DNA of 64,000 nt from an uncultured Muribaculaceae bacterium (GCA_964542305.1 CAZITX010000006.1:4172-68171); one strand, 5' to 3'; counted from the first letter of the stretch, positions 24,446 to 35,621 are shown. Numbers and translations: made by a program. The notes: generated by a model from the letters alone, not told the origin.

Positions 24446-25694
24446 GTTCCAGCAACCGCTCTACAGCTTCTTCCTGAGGAATCCCCCGTATGACGGGGGT
24501 TTTTCCTTTATACAGGGTTATCTTTCCATTGCCTTCTCCCACGTATCCGTACTGGGCATCGGCCATTTCACCGGGACCGTTTACTATACAGCCCATGATG
24601 GCAATGGTGCAGCCTTTCAGGTGCGCGGTAGCTTTTTTTACGGAGCGAACGGTTTCTTCCAGGTTGAATTTGGTTCGTCCGCAACCGGGACAGGAAATGT
24701 ATTCGGGTTTGGTAAACACACAACGGGTGGCCTGTAACAGGTCCATACAGAAATCTTTCAATTCTTCTTCAGTACCAAAAGAAGCTTGCACAAAAGGCAT
24801 GGGAAGTGTTTTCCAGTCTATGATTCCGTCCAGCAGACCGGGTGCCCACCGATGACAGGCACTGACTATGAGTTCGTCCCAATTTTCAGAACGAATTTCT
24901 TCTTTAACAGAGAGAAACAGTTTTCCAAACCGGATTTCTTCTTCCGGGGCTTCGGTCAGGGAAACCCTGAAAGTATCTCCTATACCTTCTTTCAACAAAG
25001 TAATTATTCCTGCAGCGGATTTTAAACGTCCCTGGCGGTCGCTCCCGGATTCGGTTACGCCCAGGTGGACCGGATAGCTCATGCCTGCTTCTTCCATTCG
25101 TTCAGCCAGCATACGGTTTGCCTGTACCATGACCCGGGTATTGCTGGATTTCAGGGAGACCACTACATCTGAAAAATCCAACTCCCGGCACAATTCCAGG
25201 TATTCCATGGCAGCACGGCACATTCCTTCGGGTGAATTACCGTACGTTTCCAATATATGAGGCGGCAGGGACCCGTGATTTACGCCTATGCGCAGACACG
25301 TCTTGTTTTCCCGGCATATTTCAAACAATTGGATCAACAATTCCTTAACACGGGAAAAATCGCGTGAAAAATTACCCGGATTGATACGGACCTTTTCTGC
25401 CACTCGTGCAGCTTCCATGGCAGTGGAAGCAGAAAAATGCACATCGGCAACCAGCGGAACATCAATGCCTTGGGCGTGAAGCCGTTCTTTAATAACGGAC
25501 AATGCTTTTACCTGTGCTGGTCCTTGGGTGGTAAGACGGATCAATTGAGCCCCTTCACCGGCCACCAGTATACACTGGGCAACTGAGGCTTCAATATCCA
25601 GGGTATCTGTATTACACATAGTTTGTACAGAAACAGGGGTTCCTCCTCCAATGGCCAGCTTTCCGGCATAAACGGTATGTGTTTTCATGGTCAC
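24423..25694 (-). CDS. ispG: 4-hydroxy-3-methylbut-2-en-1-yl diphosphate synthase
   Basis: 423 aa. Family-typical segments are GGGTPVSVQTMCNT, VRINPGNF and the C-terminal 4Fe-4S motif ISCPGCGRT...MGCIVNGPGE. Confidence 0.92.
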   Translation of the reverse strand: MTMKTHTVYAGKLAIGGGTPVSVQTMCNTDTLDIEASVAQCILVAGEGAQLIRLTTQGPAQVKALSVIKERLHAQGIDVPLVADVHFSASTAMEAARVAEKVRINPGNFSRDFSRVKELLIQLFEICRENKTCLRIGVNHGSLPPHILETYGNSPEGMCRAAMEYLELCRELDFSDVVVSLKSSNTRVMVQANRMLAERMEEAGMSYPVHLGVTESGSDRQGRLKSAAGIITLLKEGIGDTFRVSLTEAPEEEIRFGKLFLSVKEEIRSENWDELIVSACHRWAPGLLDGIIDWKTLPMPFVQASFGTEEELKDFCMDLLQATRCVFTKPEYISCPGCGRTKFNLEETVRSVKKATAHLKGCTIAIMGCIVNGPGEMADAQYGYVGEGNGKITLYKGKTPVIRGIPQEEAVERLLELIESQQK

Positions 25695-26359
25695 AAGTGT
25701 ATAAAGACGCCCAGCGTAAAGAGCAATTGATTGGGATATCCGTAGGTATAATATTCGTTGCTGTACAATGCCGGATTTTCTATCATGGAGAGGGAATAAA
25801 GGTAATTTGCCTCTATGTGGAATTCAAAAGGATGCAAAACCAGGGCCAGACCGCCTCCGGCCTGGATGCCGTAATCCAAATAGATATGGTTGCAGTCAAA
25901 GTCTACCGGAAGGCCTTCCGGGTGTTCCGTAGTGAAATCCACTGCACTCATCCGATAGCTCCCAAAGCAGCCCAGGTTGACCAATATACGCATCTTCCAG
26001 AAATCAATGTGGAATTGGGAAGTCAGTGGGATACGCACCACTTCGTAGATCCGTTTCAGATCGGGGGTTTCGTAGCCTTGTTGCGTATAGGTCAGTCCCG
26101 TTTGTAAACCAAAATAGGGCATAGTGCCCCAAAGATCATGGTAGTACGTATAGAGAAGGGATGCATTTATATAGGAAGGAACGGTGCTTTGTTTTCTGTC
26201 AGGATTGAAATGCACGCCGTTGAAAGCGTATCCTCCCCGGACACCTATCATGTGTTGTTTTTCGGGAAGGGTCTGGCCTGCCAGGGCAGTACCTGAAAGC
26301 AGCATGATCAAAAGGATCAGGCCTTTAACGTTTTCTTGCCGGTGCAGTAATTGTAACAT
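25691..26359 (-). CDS. Outer-membrane beta-barrel protein (PorT/OMP_b-brl-like), hypothetical
   Basis: 222 aa. It has a signal peptide, alternating aromatic/Gly beta-strand patterns and a C-terminal aromatic residue. It overlaps both neighbours, which suggests an operon. Confidence 0.55.
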   Translation of the reverse strand: MLQLLHRQENVKGLILLIMLLSGTALAGQTLPEKQHMIGVRGGYAFNGVHFNPDRKQSTVPSYINASLLYTYYHDLWGTMPYFGLQTGLTYTQQGYETPDLKRIYEVVRIPLTSQFHIDFWKMRILVNLGCFGSYRMSAVDFTTEHPEGLPVDFDCNHIYLDYGIQAGGGLALVLHPFEFHIEANYLYSLSMIENPALYSNEYYTYGYPNQLLFTLGVFIHL

Positions 26360-28211
26360 TCTGATTCAATACTTGTTCTATATCAATGGTTTGTGTTAGT
26401 TCCATTTTTTCTGCCAGTTCCAGCAAACTGCCGCCTCCCGGAAAACGGAACATCCTCACTTTCTCTGCCTGTGCTCTCTTCATCACGTTTCCTGTATCCC
26501 AAAAACCGTTTCCGTTTGTATCTCCGATTATTCGCAGGGCAAATTTTCCGGCTTTAAGATATGGGATAACTACAGTTGTATCCGAATTTACACGATGCGA
26601 TCTTAGCACCTGTGTACGGCCTTCATTCATCAAATCAAGGATTACCGGAATGACTACATTTTGTAAATTCAGGGTAAGGGATCCGAAATCTTCGGATAAA
26701 AACGTTTCAAAAGTGGTCATAAGGGAATCGTTCCTGAATCCGTTGATATCAGTAAAGACATCGGCGGGGATCAGGTAGTTGTACGGGGTACCTTCAATAT
26801 ACGTATCCGGAAAAATACGATACAGACAAAGGTCAAGGGAATCCCGGGTTACTGAAAAAGGAACAGGAACCGTGTCTTCCTGTGGGGTAATGCGGGTCAT
26901 TTGTGTAAGATTGAAATCCGGATCCAGCGGCAAATCATTGAATTTTATTGTAAAGCCCTTACTAATAATTACATCCGGTTCAACGGTTACTTTAATTTTC
27001 ATTGTCTCCCTATCCGGTTTTACAGAAGGCGGGGCCTGTTGTCTTTCTCCGCGGCGTCCAAGGTTGTTCAGGTTGTCCCGGGCCTGTTGCTCTTCTTCTT
27101 TTTCATCTTTGAAAGGGTTAAAACGGAGTGTGTCCGTACGGGGAACTAGTGTGTTCAGGGAATCGTCCGTTGCCATATAGGTCAGATGCAACAAAACAGT
27201 GTCGGGAACGGAAGGAGCGGCAAGCCACCAAATAAGGCTGTCCCGGTAATAATTGTGTTGACGAATGATCTGTGTGGAGTCCATTCCGGGAATGACGGCT
27301 TTTATAATTTGAGGATAAGGTGCTCCGAATTTCAGCTCCAGTGCCCTGGTACGGATCCTGTTGTAACTGCGCAGGTATTGCCTGGAACTTGCTTCTTTGA
27401 AAAGGAAGACGTTCCCTTCTACAGGGCGACGTAACAGACCGGCCGTATCAGTAGCAAAATATGGCTGGATCTCCGGCGCATAAGTAAACATCGTTTTTTG
27501 AGGAATGATCTCTTTGTCCAGAAATCCAACTTGTTCCCCGCTAACCGGATCGTACCGGTAATTGTTGTTTTGATCTGTTATTGCGAATAATGAATACAGG
27601 GTATCCTTAAGATTTCGCAAAACAAAATAACCGTAAGTATCCGTTCGTGTAACAGCTACAGGCAAAGATTTTGTCAAAGAAGTATCCGCCGGATTGATAT
27701 GAAGCAATACCGTAGCGTTTTCTATGGGTAAAAGAGTAGAGGCATCTACCACCAGACCGGAATACATCAATGAATCCATACGCTCTCCTGTAGAAAAACT
27801 GAGAGCAAAAACCGGGAAGGGATTGCCTTCGTTGTTGTCCTGTATGGCGTTCCCAAAATAAAGACTATACGTAGTATTGGGCAAAAGCTCATTCACCAGG
27901 TCTACAACAACACCTTTTCCTTTAGTCCGTACTGTGGGATTCTTTTCAGGGGGAGGCGAAAGCATGATGTTCTTGTTTGGATCTACCAACTTAACGTATT
28001 CGTTGAATTGTAATTCCACCCTTTTTAATGTGGTGTTGACACGTGTTTGATTGATATCGGGAATGGTGGCTGTCAGCAGGGGAGGGATGGAATCCACAGC
28101 TCCTCCGGAAGGGGCAGCCGTCGTATTGGCACAACTTTGCGGAAGGACCAGGGATGCCGCAAAGAATACTACAGCCGTGAACAGGACACTATTTTTTATG
28201 TTCTTTTTCAT
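26325..28211 (-). CDS. Ig-like (SbsA_Ig/Big_5-type) domain lipoprotein, hypothetical
   Basis: 628 aa. The lipobox is LVLPQSC. The N-terminal segment DSIPPLLTATIPDINQTRVN...VELQFNEYV is typical of this Bacteroidota family. Confidence 0.6.
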   Translation of the reverse strand: MKKNIKNSVLFTAVVFFAASLVLPQSCANTTAAPSGGAVDSIPPLLTATIPDINQTRVNTTLKRVELQFNEYVKLVDPNKNIMLSPPPEKNPTVRTKGKGVVVDLVNELLPNTTYSLYFGNAIQDNNEGNPFPVFALSFSTGERMDSLMYSGLVVDASTLLPIENATVLLHINPADTSLTKSLPVAVTRTDTYGYFVLRNLKDTLYSLFAITDQNNNYRYDPVSGEQVGFLDKEIIPQKTMFTYAPEIQPYFATDTAGLLRRPVEGNVFLFKEASSRQYLRSYNRIRTRALELKFGAPYPQIIKAVIPGMDSTQIIRQHNYYRDSLIWWLAAPSVPDTVLLHLTYMATDDSLNTLVPRTDTLRFNPFKDEKEEEQQARDNLNNLGRRGERQQAPPSVKPDRETMKIKVTVEPDVIISKGFTIKFNDLPLDPDFNLTQMTRITPQEDTVPVPFSVTRDSLDLCLYRIFPDTYIEGTPYNYLIPADVFTDINGFRNDSLMTTFETFLSEDFGSLTLNLQNVVIPVILDLMNEGRTQVLRSHRVNSDTTVVIPYLKAGKFALRIIGDTNGNGFWDTGNVMKRAQAEKVRMFRFPGGGSLLELAEKMELTQTIDIEQVLNQNVTITAPARKR

Positions 28212-28214
28212 TTA

Positions 28215-30368
28215 TTATTCCGGTTTTACCGTTTCTATGCCTTTGATCTTTTTGAGTTGTTCAGTAAGGTTGTCCAGATCGGTGTGTTTTTGAACGTACA
28301 CTTCCAGTATTCCGTCAAAGATATTATCGTGAGCAACAAGCTGAAAACTACGGATGTTGACACACAAAGTCAACGAAACTGTATGCGTGATTTCGTGGAT
28401 AATTCCCATTCGGTCCTGACCCCTGAGATTTAATTTTACCAATGTGGAAGAAAGGTGTTGCTTTTTCCATACCACATTTACCGTCGCATTGTCGTTGCGG
28501 TGCAATCTTTTTAGGGCATCAATGCGGGTACAGTTTGCTGAATGTATATACAAATCATGCGTTTTCCTGTCAATAAAACCAATCAGTTTGTCATCGGTTG
28601 TGGGACGGCAACACGGGGCAAAATGGAAGGCATTGAAATCTTTTCTCCGTTTCCAGTCAGGTGAAGGGATCCAGGTTACGAATTTTCGTGAAGGTGTCCC
28701 TTTGAGTAACACATCGCGCAAACCCGAAAGATCCAGCATTCCGGCACCAATCCTTCCGTACAATTCTTCCGGAGAACCAATTTTGTAAGCGGCCAGCAAT
28801 TTGTTCATCAGACGGGTATGCGGCTTGATGCCGAATTCCGCCAACCTTGTGTTCAAAAGGTTTCTACCTTCCTGGATGTGGTCAATACCCCGTTTTTTCA
28901 AGGCATCCAGGATCATATTGCGGGCTTTGGATGTGGTCACGCTTCCCAGCCATTCTATCATTACCCGGGATTCTTGTGTAGTAATGATCTCAACCTGGTC
29001 TCCTCCGCGAAGCGGGGTGGACAAAAGCATCAGTTTTTCGTTAATCTTGGCGGCCAGTGCATGATTTCCCACCTGGGAATGAATATAATAGGCGAAATCC
29101 AATGCAGTAGCTCCTTTGGGTAACATCCGCATTTCTCCCTTGGGAGTGAAGACATACAATACAGAGATCAGGTTCCCGGGTTGGAAATTGTCAAAGAACT
29201 CCAGGCTTTCGTTGTCTTTTTTCTCCAGGGTTTCCCGTACCCGTGCCAACCACCTCTCCATACCGCTGATCTCGGGTGTGATTCCTTTGTATTTCCAGTG
29301 GGCAGCCACCCCCTGCTCGGCAATATCGTCCATACGTTTACTACGGATCTGGACTTCCAGCCATTTCCCGGAAGGCGTTAAAAACGTGGAGTGCAATGCT
29401 TCGTAGCCTGTTTCTTTAGGTTGCGAAAGCCAGTCCCGCCGGCGTTCGGGGTAAGGTTCCCAACGGCGGTTCAACAAGCTTTCAATGTAATAACAGATCC
29501 TGCGTTCTTCCTCAATATTCGTTTCTTCAGGCCGAAAAACAATGCGCAAGGCAAACAGGTCAAAGATTTCTTCAAAGGATACGTTCCTTTTTCGCATCTT
29601 GGACCAGATGGAATACGGTGTTTTGATACGGGTGGAAACAGAAAAATTCAAGCCTTCGCCGGCAAGAATTTCCTTAATTGGCTCCAGGAACGTTTGGGTG
29701 ATCTCGGTGCCCTGCCGTCCCATCTCGGCCCTGACTTTTTCCTCGATTTCCCGGTATTCCTCCGGCATAACGTATTTCATCCAGATGTTCTCGATCTCGG
29801 ATTTGATGGAATACAATCCAAGCTGGTGGGCCAGGGGTGCAAACACGTACATGGATTCACCCAGATTACGGGCCCGTTTTTCCACCGGCAATTCTTCCAG
29901 GTTTCTCAGGTTGTGTAGCCGGTCGGCCAGTTTGATCAGCAACACACGGATATCCTGGTTGACCGTCAGGAGCATTTGTTTGAACGTTTCCTCCTGCGTC
30001 TTGTCCTGCGCGGCAAAAACACGTTCCATCTTGCCGAGTCCTTCCACCAGCTCTCCGATCTTTTCTCCGAACATCCCGGCAATCTCTTCCGGACTGTAGT
30101 CGGTATCTGTAAATATGTGATGGAGCAGTGCCGTCACTATAGATTTATAGCCCAGCCCGATCTCATCGACCACGATCTTTGCCACATCAATGCTGTGCAT
30201 GATAATGGGTTCACCCGAGATCCGTTTCTGGTTCTTGTGCGCTTCCTTGGCAAACTGGTATGCTTTGAAGACAAGCTCGCATTCTTGCGGGCCGGCACAG
30301 CGCTTCAGGGTGGATTGCCTTAGCGGTTCAAAATACTGATCTATAAGGTCAGGTGTTTCCAAAGACAA
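28215..30368 (-). CDS. RelA/SpoT-family (p)ppGpp synthetase; the hydrolase HD motif looks degenerate
   Basis: 717 aa. The synthetase core is RIKTPYSIWSKMRKR...GYEALHSTF...EVQIRSKRMDDIAEQGVAAHWKYK. TGS and ACT-like C-terminal regions are present. The HD region reads ALLHHIFTDT. Confidence 0.88.
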   Translation of the reverse strand: MSLETPDLIDQYFEPLRQSTLKRCAGPQECELVFKAYQFAKEAHKNQKRISGEPIIMHSIDVAKIVVDEIGLGYKSIVTALLHHIFTDTDYSPEEIAGMFGEKIGELVEGLGKMERVFAAQDKTQEETFKQMLLTVNQDIRVLLIKLADRLHNLRNLEELPVEKRARNLGESMYVFAPLAHQLGLYSIKSEIENIWMKYVMPEEYREIEEKVRAEMGRQGTEITQTFLEPIKEILAGEGLNFSVSTRIKTPYSIWSKMRKRNVSFEEIFDLFALRIVFRPEETNIEEERRICYYIESLLNRRWEPYPERRRDWLSQPKETGYEALHSTFLTPSGKWLEVQIRSKRMDDIAEQGVAAHWKYKGITPEISGMERWLARVRETLEKKDNESLEFFDNFQPGNLISVLYVFTPKGEMRMLPKGATALDFAYYIHSQVGNHALAAKINEKLMLLSTPLRGGDQVEIITTQESRVMIEWLGSVTTSKARNMILDALKKRGIDHIQEGRNLLNTRLAEFGIKPHTRLMNKLLAAYKIGSPEELYGRIGAGMLDLSGLRDVLLKGTPSRKFVTWIPSPDWKRRKDFNAFHFAPCCRPTTDDKLIGFIDRKTHDLYIHSANCTRIDALKRLHRNDNATVNVVWKKQHLSSTLVKLNLRGQDRMGIIHEITHTVSLTLCVNIRSFQLVAHDNIFDGILEVYVQKHTDLDNLTEQLKKIKGIETVKPE

Positions 30369-30374
30369 TACAAT

Positions 30375-31571
30375 TTATAAGGTTGAGGCAAATGCTGTGA
30401 TAGGATCGTTCAGGCTTTTCAGAGCTTCTGCCGTCGGGTTACCCGGAAGTTCTATTCCGGGAGATTGTACTTCCCATTTATACTTTTCGGACATGTTTTG
30501 TGCAAAAAGACGTAAATTTTTCAGTCCGCCGCCGCTCCAGGAATACCCTCCAAACAGGAAAGCTTTTTTATTTCCGGGCTGCATAATCTCTATTTCGTGG
30601 CAAAGATGGTGCATATTGGGATGCATGCCGGTATTGTAGGAACAGGACCCTAAAACGATCCCGTTGTATTTCCATATTTCTTTCAAAATGAATGACGGAT
30701 GCGTATTCGAAACGTTGAATACGCGGATGTTGCGGATGCCGTTCACGGCCAGCTGCCGGGCAATGTGATCCGCTGTTTTTTCAGTATGACCGTACATCGA
30801 GGCATAAGCTAGCACCACGCCAGTATCTCCTTTACTTGCTGCCCACCGGCTGTACCAGTCAAATACGACGGAAGGCTTGGTACGCCATACCGGCCCGTGT
30901 ACCGGGCATATGATCCGGATGGGCAGAGTGGCGGCTTTTTGAAGTGCTTTTTCTACCTGGCCTGAAAAACGTCCTATAATATTTGTGTAATAACGGAGCA
31001 TTTCGTCTTTGTAGTAATCCAGGTTGATCTCGTCGTCAAATATCCCTCCGTCCAATGTGCCGAATGTACCGAAGGCATCCTGCGAGAACAGTATGTTTTC
31101 TTCTGTACAGTATGCCATCATGGATTCCGGCCAGTGTACCATGGGTGTCATAACAAATTGCAGTTTGTGATGCCCCAGTTCCAGGGTATCGCCTTCTTTA
31201 ACCTCCCTCATCCTGCTTTTGTCAAGTTCCGGGAAATAGATCTCCAGCAATTTGATGGCCTTTGCGTTGGTAACCACCGTGGCAGATGGGTAACGTAGCA
31301 ACAGTTCACCTATCATTCCGGCATGGTCCGGTTCCATATGCAGGATCACCAGGTAATCCAGATCCCTCCCGTCCAGGATACCGGCCACTTCTTCCATATA
31401 GGAACGGTCACTGCCGTATTCTATGGTATCCAGAAGTGCGGTCTTTTTGTCTTTGATCAGGTAAGAATTGTATGAGATCCCAAAGGGCAGGGGCCAGTTG
31501 CTTTCGAATAACGTTTTGTGCCTGTCGTTTGTACCTATAAAATAAAGGGTTTCCAGAATTTTTGCTGTCAT
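30375..31571 (-). CDS. FprA-type flavodiiron protein (metallo-beta-lactamase-like plus flavodoxin domains)
   Basis: 398 aa. The di-iron motif is HMEPDHAG. The C-terminal part is flavodoxin-like (VVLAYASMYGHTEK). Confidence 0.85.
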   Translation of the reverse strand: MTAKILETLYFIGTNDRHKTLFESNWPLPFGISYNSYLIKDKKTALLDTIEYGSDRSYMEEVAGILDGRDLDYLVILHMEPDHAGMIGELLLRYPSATVVTNAKAIKLLEIYFPELDKSRMREVKEGDTLELGHHKLQFVMTPMVHWPESMMAYCTEENILFSQDAFGTFGTLDGGIFDDEINLDYYKDEMLRYYTNIIGRFSGQVEKALQKAATLPIRIICPVHGPVWRTKPSVVFDWYSRWAASKGDTGVVLAYASMYGHTEKTADHIARQLAVNGIRNIRVFNVSNTHPSFILKEIWKYNGIVLGSCSYNTGMHPNMHHLCHEIEIMQPGNKKAFLFGGYSWSGGGLKNLRLFAQNMSEKYKWEVQSPGIELPGNPTAEALKSLNDPITAFASTL

Positions 31572-31573
31572 AA

Positions 31574-33652
31574 TCAGAATAAGGTTGTTTTTTGTTCCGT
31601 CTCAAAAACTGTGCCTTCACCCGGTAATTCTCCAATAAGACGCAGAAAGCCGGTTTCGTTAATGATCGGAATATTGAGTTTTGTCGCTTTTTGCCATTTG
31701 GCCGGTCCCGGCTTTTCCCCGGCAAGCAGGTAATCCGTCTGGCCCGAGATTGCCGAGATCACTTTCCCTCCGTGGGATTCGATGAGCTTCTTCATCTCTT
31801 CGCGGGAACGGGAAAAATTGCCCGAGATGACAAGCTGCTTGTCCCGCAGCTTGTCTGACAGGGTTGCCCTTTCTTCCTCTGCCTGACTGAATGGCAGTCC
31901 TGCCTCGCGGAGTTTCTCAAGCATTGCCAGGATGCGGGGTTCCTTGAAGTATTGAATGATGGATGAGGATATTTTTTCCCCGATCTCGGGGGCCTGTGTC
32001 AGTTCTTCATCCGGTGCGTGGCGCAGGTTATCCAGCGATCCAAAATGGGATGCCAGGTATTTGGCTGTGGTCTCTCCCACGTAAGGGATTCCAATGGCAT
32101 AAAGAAACCGGTGGAACGGTACATTGTGCGAGGCATCTATACTTTTTAACAAATTCTCTGTGGATTTGTCGCCCCAGTTATCCAGGGATTTCAGCATATC
32201 AGGGGTAAGGCCGTAAAGGTCCGACGGGTCTTTTACCAGTTCCTTGCTGAATAATTGTTCTACAAGTGCCTCACCTCCCAGAATGTTCATGGCTTTGCGG
32301 CTCATGAAATGTTCAATCCTGCCTTTGATCTGCGGGGGACATCCCCAGCGGTTGGGACAAAAATGTTTGGCTTCTTCCGGATCCCTTTCAAGCGGGGTTC
32401 CGCATTCAGGACAATGAGTGATGTATAGGAAAGGGACGGTGCCTTCCGGTCGCGTTTCCAAATCTACACCTACCACTTTGGGTATGATCTCACCGCCTTT
32501 TTCCACAAATACCGTATCGCCCAAACGGATATCGTGCAGGGCTATCTGGTCTGCGTTGTGCAGGGAGGCTCGTTTGACGGTAGTACCCGATAGCAGTACC
32601 GGCTGCAGGTTGGCTACAGGTGTAAGCGCTCCCGTACGTCCCACCTGGAAATCAACGGACAAAAGTTTTGTGGCGGCCTGTTGTGCCTTGAATTTGTATG
32701 CGGTTGCCCAACGCGGGCTTTTAGCGGTCATACCCAGGGCACGTTGCAGGGAAAATTCGTTGACTTTGATCACAACACCGTCTGTGGCTACTTTCAAATA
32801 GGTACGTGCCGTATCCCAGTGATCCAGGTAATCATTGATCTCTTTAAGGTCACGGCATAATTTCCGGTGTTTTGATATGGGAAAGCCCCAGTCCAGGGCG
32901 GCTTCCATTGCCTGCCAATGGTTGCTGACACCGGGTATATCGGCAATCAGGTGGTAGAGAAAACAGTCCAGTCCCCGGCGTTCCACCTCATCGGCAGAAA
33001 GCAATTTCAAGGTTCCGGCAGCGGCGTTGCGGGGATTGGCGAACGGGGTTTCCTGCTGCTCTTCTTTCATGGCGTTCAATTCTCTGAAACTGCTGAATGG
33101 CATGAGTATTTCCCCGCGAATCTCAAATGCTGAGGGCCAGGGCACCTTACAGGAAGAAACAGGGGGCAAGGAGGCCGGGATGGATCTGATGCGTTCCACG
33201 TTACGTGTAACATCGTCACCCACGGTGCCGTCCCCTCGGGTGAGTGCCCTGAAGAGTTTTCCGTTTTTATAGGTCAGACAGATAGCTGTTCCGTCAAATT
33301 TGAGTTCGCAGACGTACTCAATTTCCTTATCTGTAGTTTTGGCGATGCGGTTGTGAAATTCCAGCAACGCTTCCCGGTTGTAAGTATTGCTCAGCGAAAG
33401 CATGGGGTGTTTATGCGGGTACTGACGGAAAGACCTGTTTTCCGTGGATATGTCACTTCCAACGTTTTGTGTTGGGGAATCTTCCGTAACCAGGTCAGGA
33501 TACTTTTTTTCCAGGGAAGTCAGTTCCTGAAGAAGCACATCGTATTCGAAATCGGAAATGGAAGGGGCATTCAGTACGTAATACTTCTTATTATGCTCAT
33601 TGATAGCATTTTTCAATTCCCTGACCCGGATTGCGGCCTGACTTCGGTTCAT
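31574..33652 (-). CDS. ligA: NAD-dependent DNA ligase
   Basis: 692 aa. The adenylation motif is CELKFDGTAI. A Zn-finger (CPECGTPL...CPN), HhH and BRCT regions follow. Confidence 0.95.
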   Translation of the reverse strand: MNRSQAAIRVRELKNAINEHNKKYYVLNAPSISDFEYDVLLQELTSLEKKYPDLVTEDSPTQNVGSDISTENRSFRQYPHKHPMLSLSNTYNREALLEFHNRIAKTTDKEIEYVCELKFDGTAICLTYKNGKLFRALTRGDGTVGDDVTRNVERIRSIPASLPPVSSCKVPWPSAFEIRGEILMPFSSFRELNAMKEEQQETPFANPRNAAAGTLKLLSADEVERRGLDCFLYHLIADIPGVSNHWQAMEAALDWGFPISKHRKLCRDLKEINDYLDHWDTARTYLKVATDGVVIKVNEFSLQRALGMTAKSPRWATAYKFKAQQAATKLLSVDFQVGRTGALTPVANLQPVLLSGTTVKRASLHNADQIALHDIRLGDTVFVEKGGEIIPKVVGVDLETRPEGTVPFLYITHCPECGTPLERDPEEAKHFCPNRWGCPPQIKGRIEHFMSRKAMNILGGEALVEQLFSKELVKDPSDLYGLTPDMLKSLDNWGDKSTENLLKSIDASHNVPFHRFLYAIGIPYVGETTAKYLASHFGSLDNLRHAPDEELTQAPEIGEKISSSIIQYFKEPRILAMLEKLREAGLPFSQAEEERATLSDKLRDKQLVISGNFSRSREEMKKLIESHGGKVISAISGQTDYLLAGEKPGPAKWQKATKLNIPIINETGFLRLIGELPGEGTVFETEQKTTLF

Positions 33653-33679
33653 GCTGTAAAGATACGAAGTATATCTGAA

Positions 33680-35608
33680 TTATGTAGTATGACCGTTCCA
33701 GTGCAGGGTATAGTCCTGGATACGTATTTCCCCGCTCTCGGCCATAGCCCGGAGCACTTCCAAAACTTGTTCCTTTGACTCGGAAAAAAGAAGGTCCAGT
33801 TGTTGCACCTGAACGGGACCTTTGCGCAGGGTCTGACCAATCTTTCCGGCGATTCTTTGAAAGGTTTCCTGTGGATTTTCACGACCTTTGCGTGCCAGAC
33901 ATACATCACAGATGCCACAGTCTCCGGTGGTTCCCTCTCCGAAATAGGCCAGCAATTGTTTGCTCCTGCAGGGTGCATCGGATCCGGCATATTGCAACAT
34001 GGCTTCCATCCTCCGGGCATAGGCATCTTTTCGTTGCAGGAAACGGGCCGGATTCAGGGCTACGTTTCCGGGCTCCAGGCGATACGTGTGTAAAAAAACC
34101 TGTGGGGATCTTTTTCTGGGAATGTAAGATATGACTCCCAGGCGGGATAAATGGATCAGGTATTCGCTAATGACACGCGGTGCGTTTCGGCTCAAATTGG
34201 CCAGGTATTCCTCGTCGATGGATACAAATCCGTTGAAAAGTCCGGTATAGGTTCGCAAGAGCAATTTAATAAAGGTATCCAGCCGCGGATTGGCAATTTG
34301 AACGCGATACAATTCATCGCGTGAAACCCTGAACATGATGCGCGAAGGGTTGTTTACTTCTTCGGTCAGGGAAATGTATCCTTCCTGTTCCAGGCTTTGC
34401 AGGGCATACCACAGGGTAGAGGGGTGTTTTTTTCTGCGCCGGGCAAATTCTTCCAGTTTAAAATCAAATTGTTGTTCGGCTCCTTCCCCGTAACCCAGTC
34501 CCAGAAAGGAATAGAGTTCCTGATAGGTTTCCCGGATGAGTTCCGGATCTGGAAATGAAACCGAATAGATCTGTTTCAGGCGTTTGGCATCGGAAGGGTT
34601 GTATAGCAGTACGGCGTATGCCTTTTCTCCGTCCCTTCCCGCACGGCCGGCTTCCTGGAAATACGCCTCGGGCGAATCGGGCACGTCAAAGTGACAGACA
34701 AAGCGGACGTCGGGTTTATCAATACCCATTCCGAAGGCGTTGGTGGCTACCATGACCCGGATTGCGTCGTTCTTCCAGGCTTCCTGTTTGGAAGCTCTCT
34801 GCCGGGAATCCATCCCGGCATGGTATGCATCCGCTTTAACACCGTTAAAAATCAGGAACTCGGCAACATCCTCGGCTTTCTTCCTTTCCCGGACATAAAC
34901 CAGGCCGCTGCCTTCCACACCCTGCACAATGCGCAGGAGCTGCCCCATTTTATCCTCGGCTTTACGGACAACATAAGCCAGGTTTTTTCGCTCGAAAGAA
35001 CTTTGAAATACTTTGTGGTCTTTGCGGAATTGAAGTTTTTCCGTGATGTCTTCAACTACCTGGGGGGTTGCGGTGGCTGTGAGGGCCAGAACGGGCACAT
35101 CGGGGAAAATTTCCCTGAATTCGGCAATACGCAGGTAAGAAGGACGAAAATCGTATCCCCATTGGGAAATGCAATGCGCCTCATCAACCACTATGGCGGT
35201 AGGTTCCATTTTGCGTACGCGTACCTTGAATAACTCCGTTCCCAGGCGTTCGGGGGAGAGGTATAAAAATTTGTACGATCCATACGCCGCATTGTCCAGT
35301 GCAATGTCAATCTCGTAGGAACTCATCCCGGAATGAACACACAATGCCTTGATCCCCAATGTTTTTAATATCTCTACCTGGTCGTTCATCAGCGCGATCA
35401 ACGGGGTAACCACTATGCAAATGCCTTCTTTGAGCAGAGCAGGGATCTGGAAACATATTGACTTTCCTCCTCCGGTGGGCAAAAGAGCCAGGGTATCCTT
35501 TCCTTCATAAATTGAAGCTATGACATCTTCCTGGTTTTCACGGAACGAAGTGTAACCCCAGTAACGAAGCAGGGTCTGGCGGAATATTTCGGAATGATTT
35601 TTGTGCAT
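33680..35608 (-). CDS. recQ: RecQ-family ATP-dependent DNA helicase
   Basis: 642 aa. Helicase motifs [26 protein letters not shown] and RAGRDG, plus the C-terminal Zn motif CGICDVC. Confidence 0.9.
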   Translation of the reverse strand: MHKNHSEIFRQTLLRYWGYTSFRENQEDVIASIYEGKDTLALLPTGGGKSICFQIPALLKEGICIVVTPLIALMNDQVEILKTLGIKALCVHSGMSSYEIDIALDNAAYGSYKFLYLSPERLGTELFKVRVRKMEPTAIVVDEAHCISQWGYDFRPSYLRIAEFREIFPDVPVLALTATATPQVVEDITEKLQFRKDHKVFQSSFERKNLAYVVRKAEDKMGQLLRIVQGVEGSGLVYVRERKKAEDVAEFLIFNGVKADAYHAGMDSRQRASKQEAWKNDAIRVMVATNAFGMGIDKPDVRFVCHFDVPDSPEAYFQEAGRAGRDGEKAYAVLLYNPSDAKRLKQIYSVSFPDPELIRETYQELYSFLGLGYGEGAEQQFDFKLEEFARRRKKHPSTLWYALQSLEQEGYISLTEEVNNPSRIMFRVSRDELYRVQIANPRLDTFIKLLLRTYTGLFNGFVSIDEEYLANLSRNAPRVISEYLIHLSRLGVISYIPRKRSPQVFLHTYRLEPGNVALNPARFLQRKDAYARRMEAMLQYAGSDAPCRSKQLLAYFGEGTTGDCGICDVCLARKGRENPQETFQRIAGKIGQTLRKGPVQVQQLDLLFSESKEQVLEVLRAMAESGEIRIQDYTLHWNGHTT

Positions 35609-35621
35609 AATCCCGTTATTG

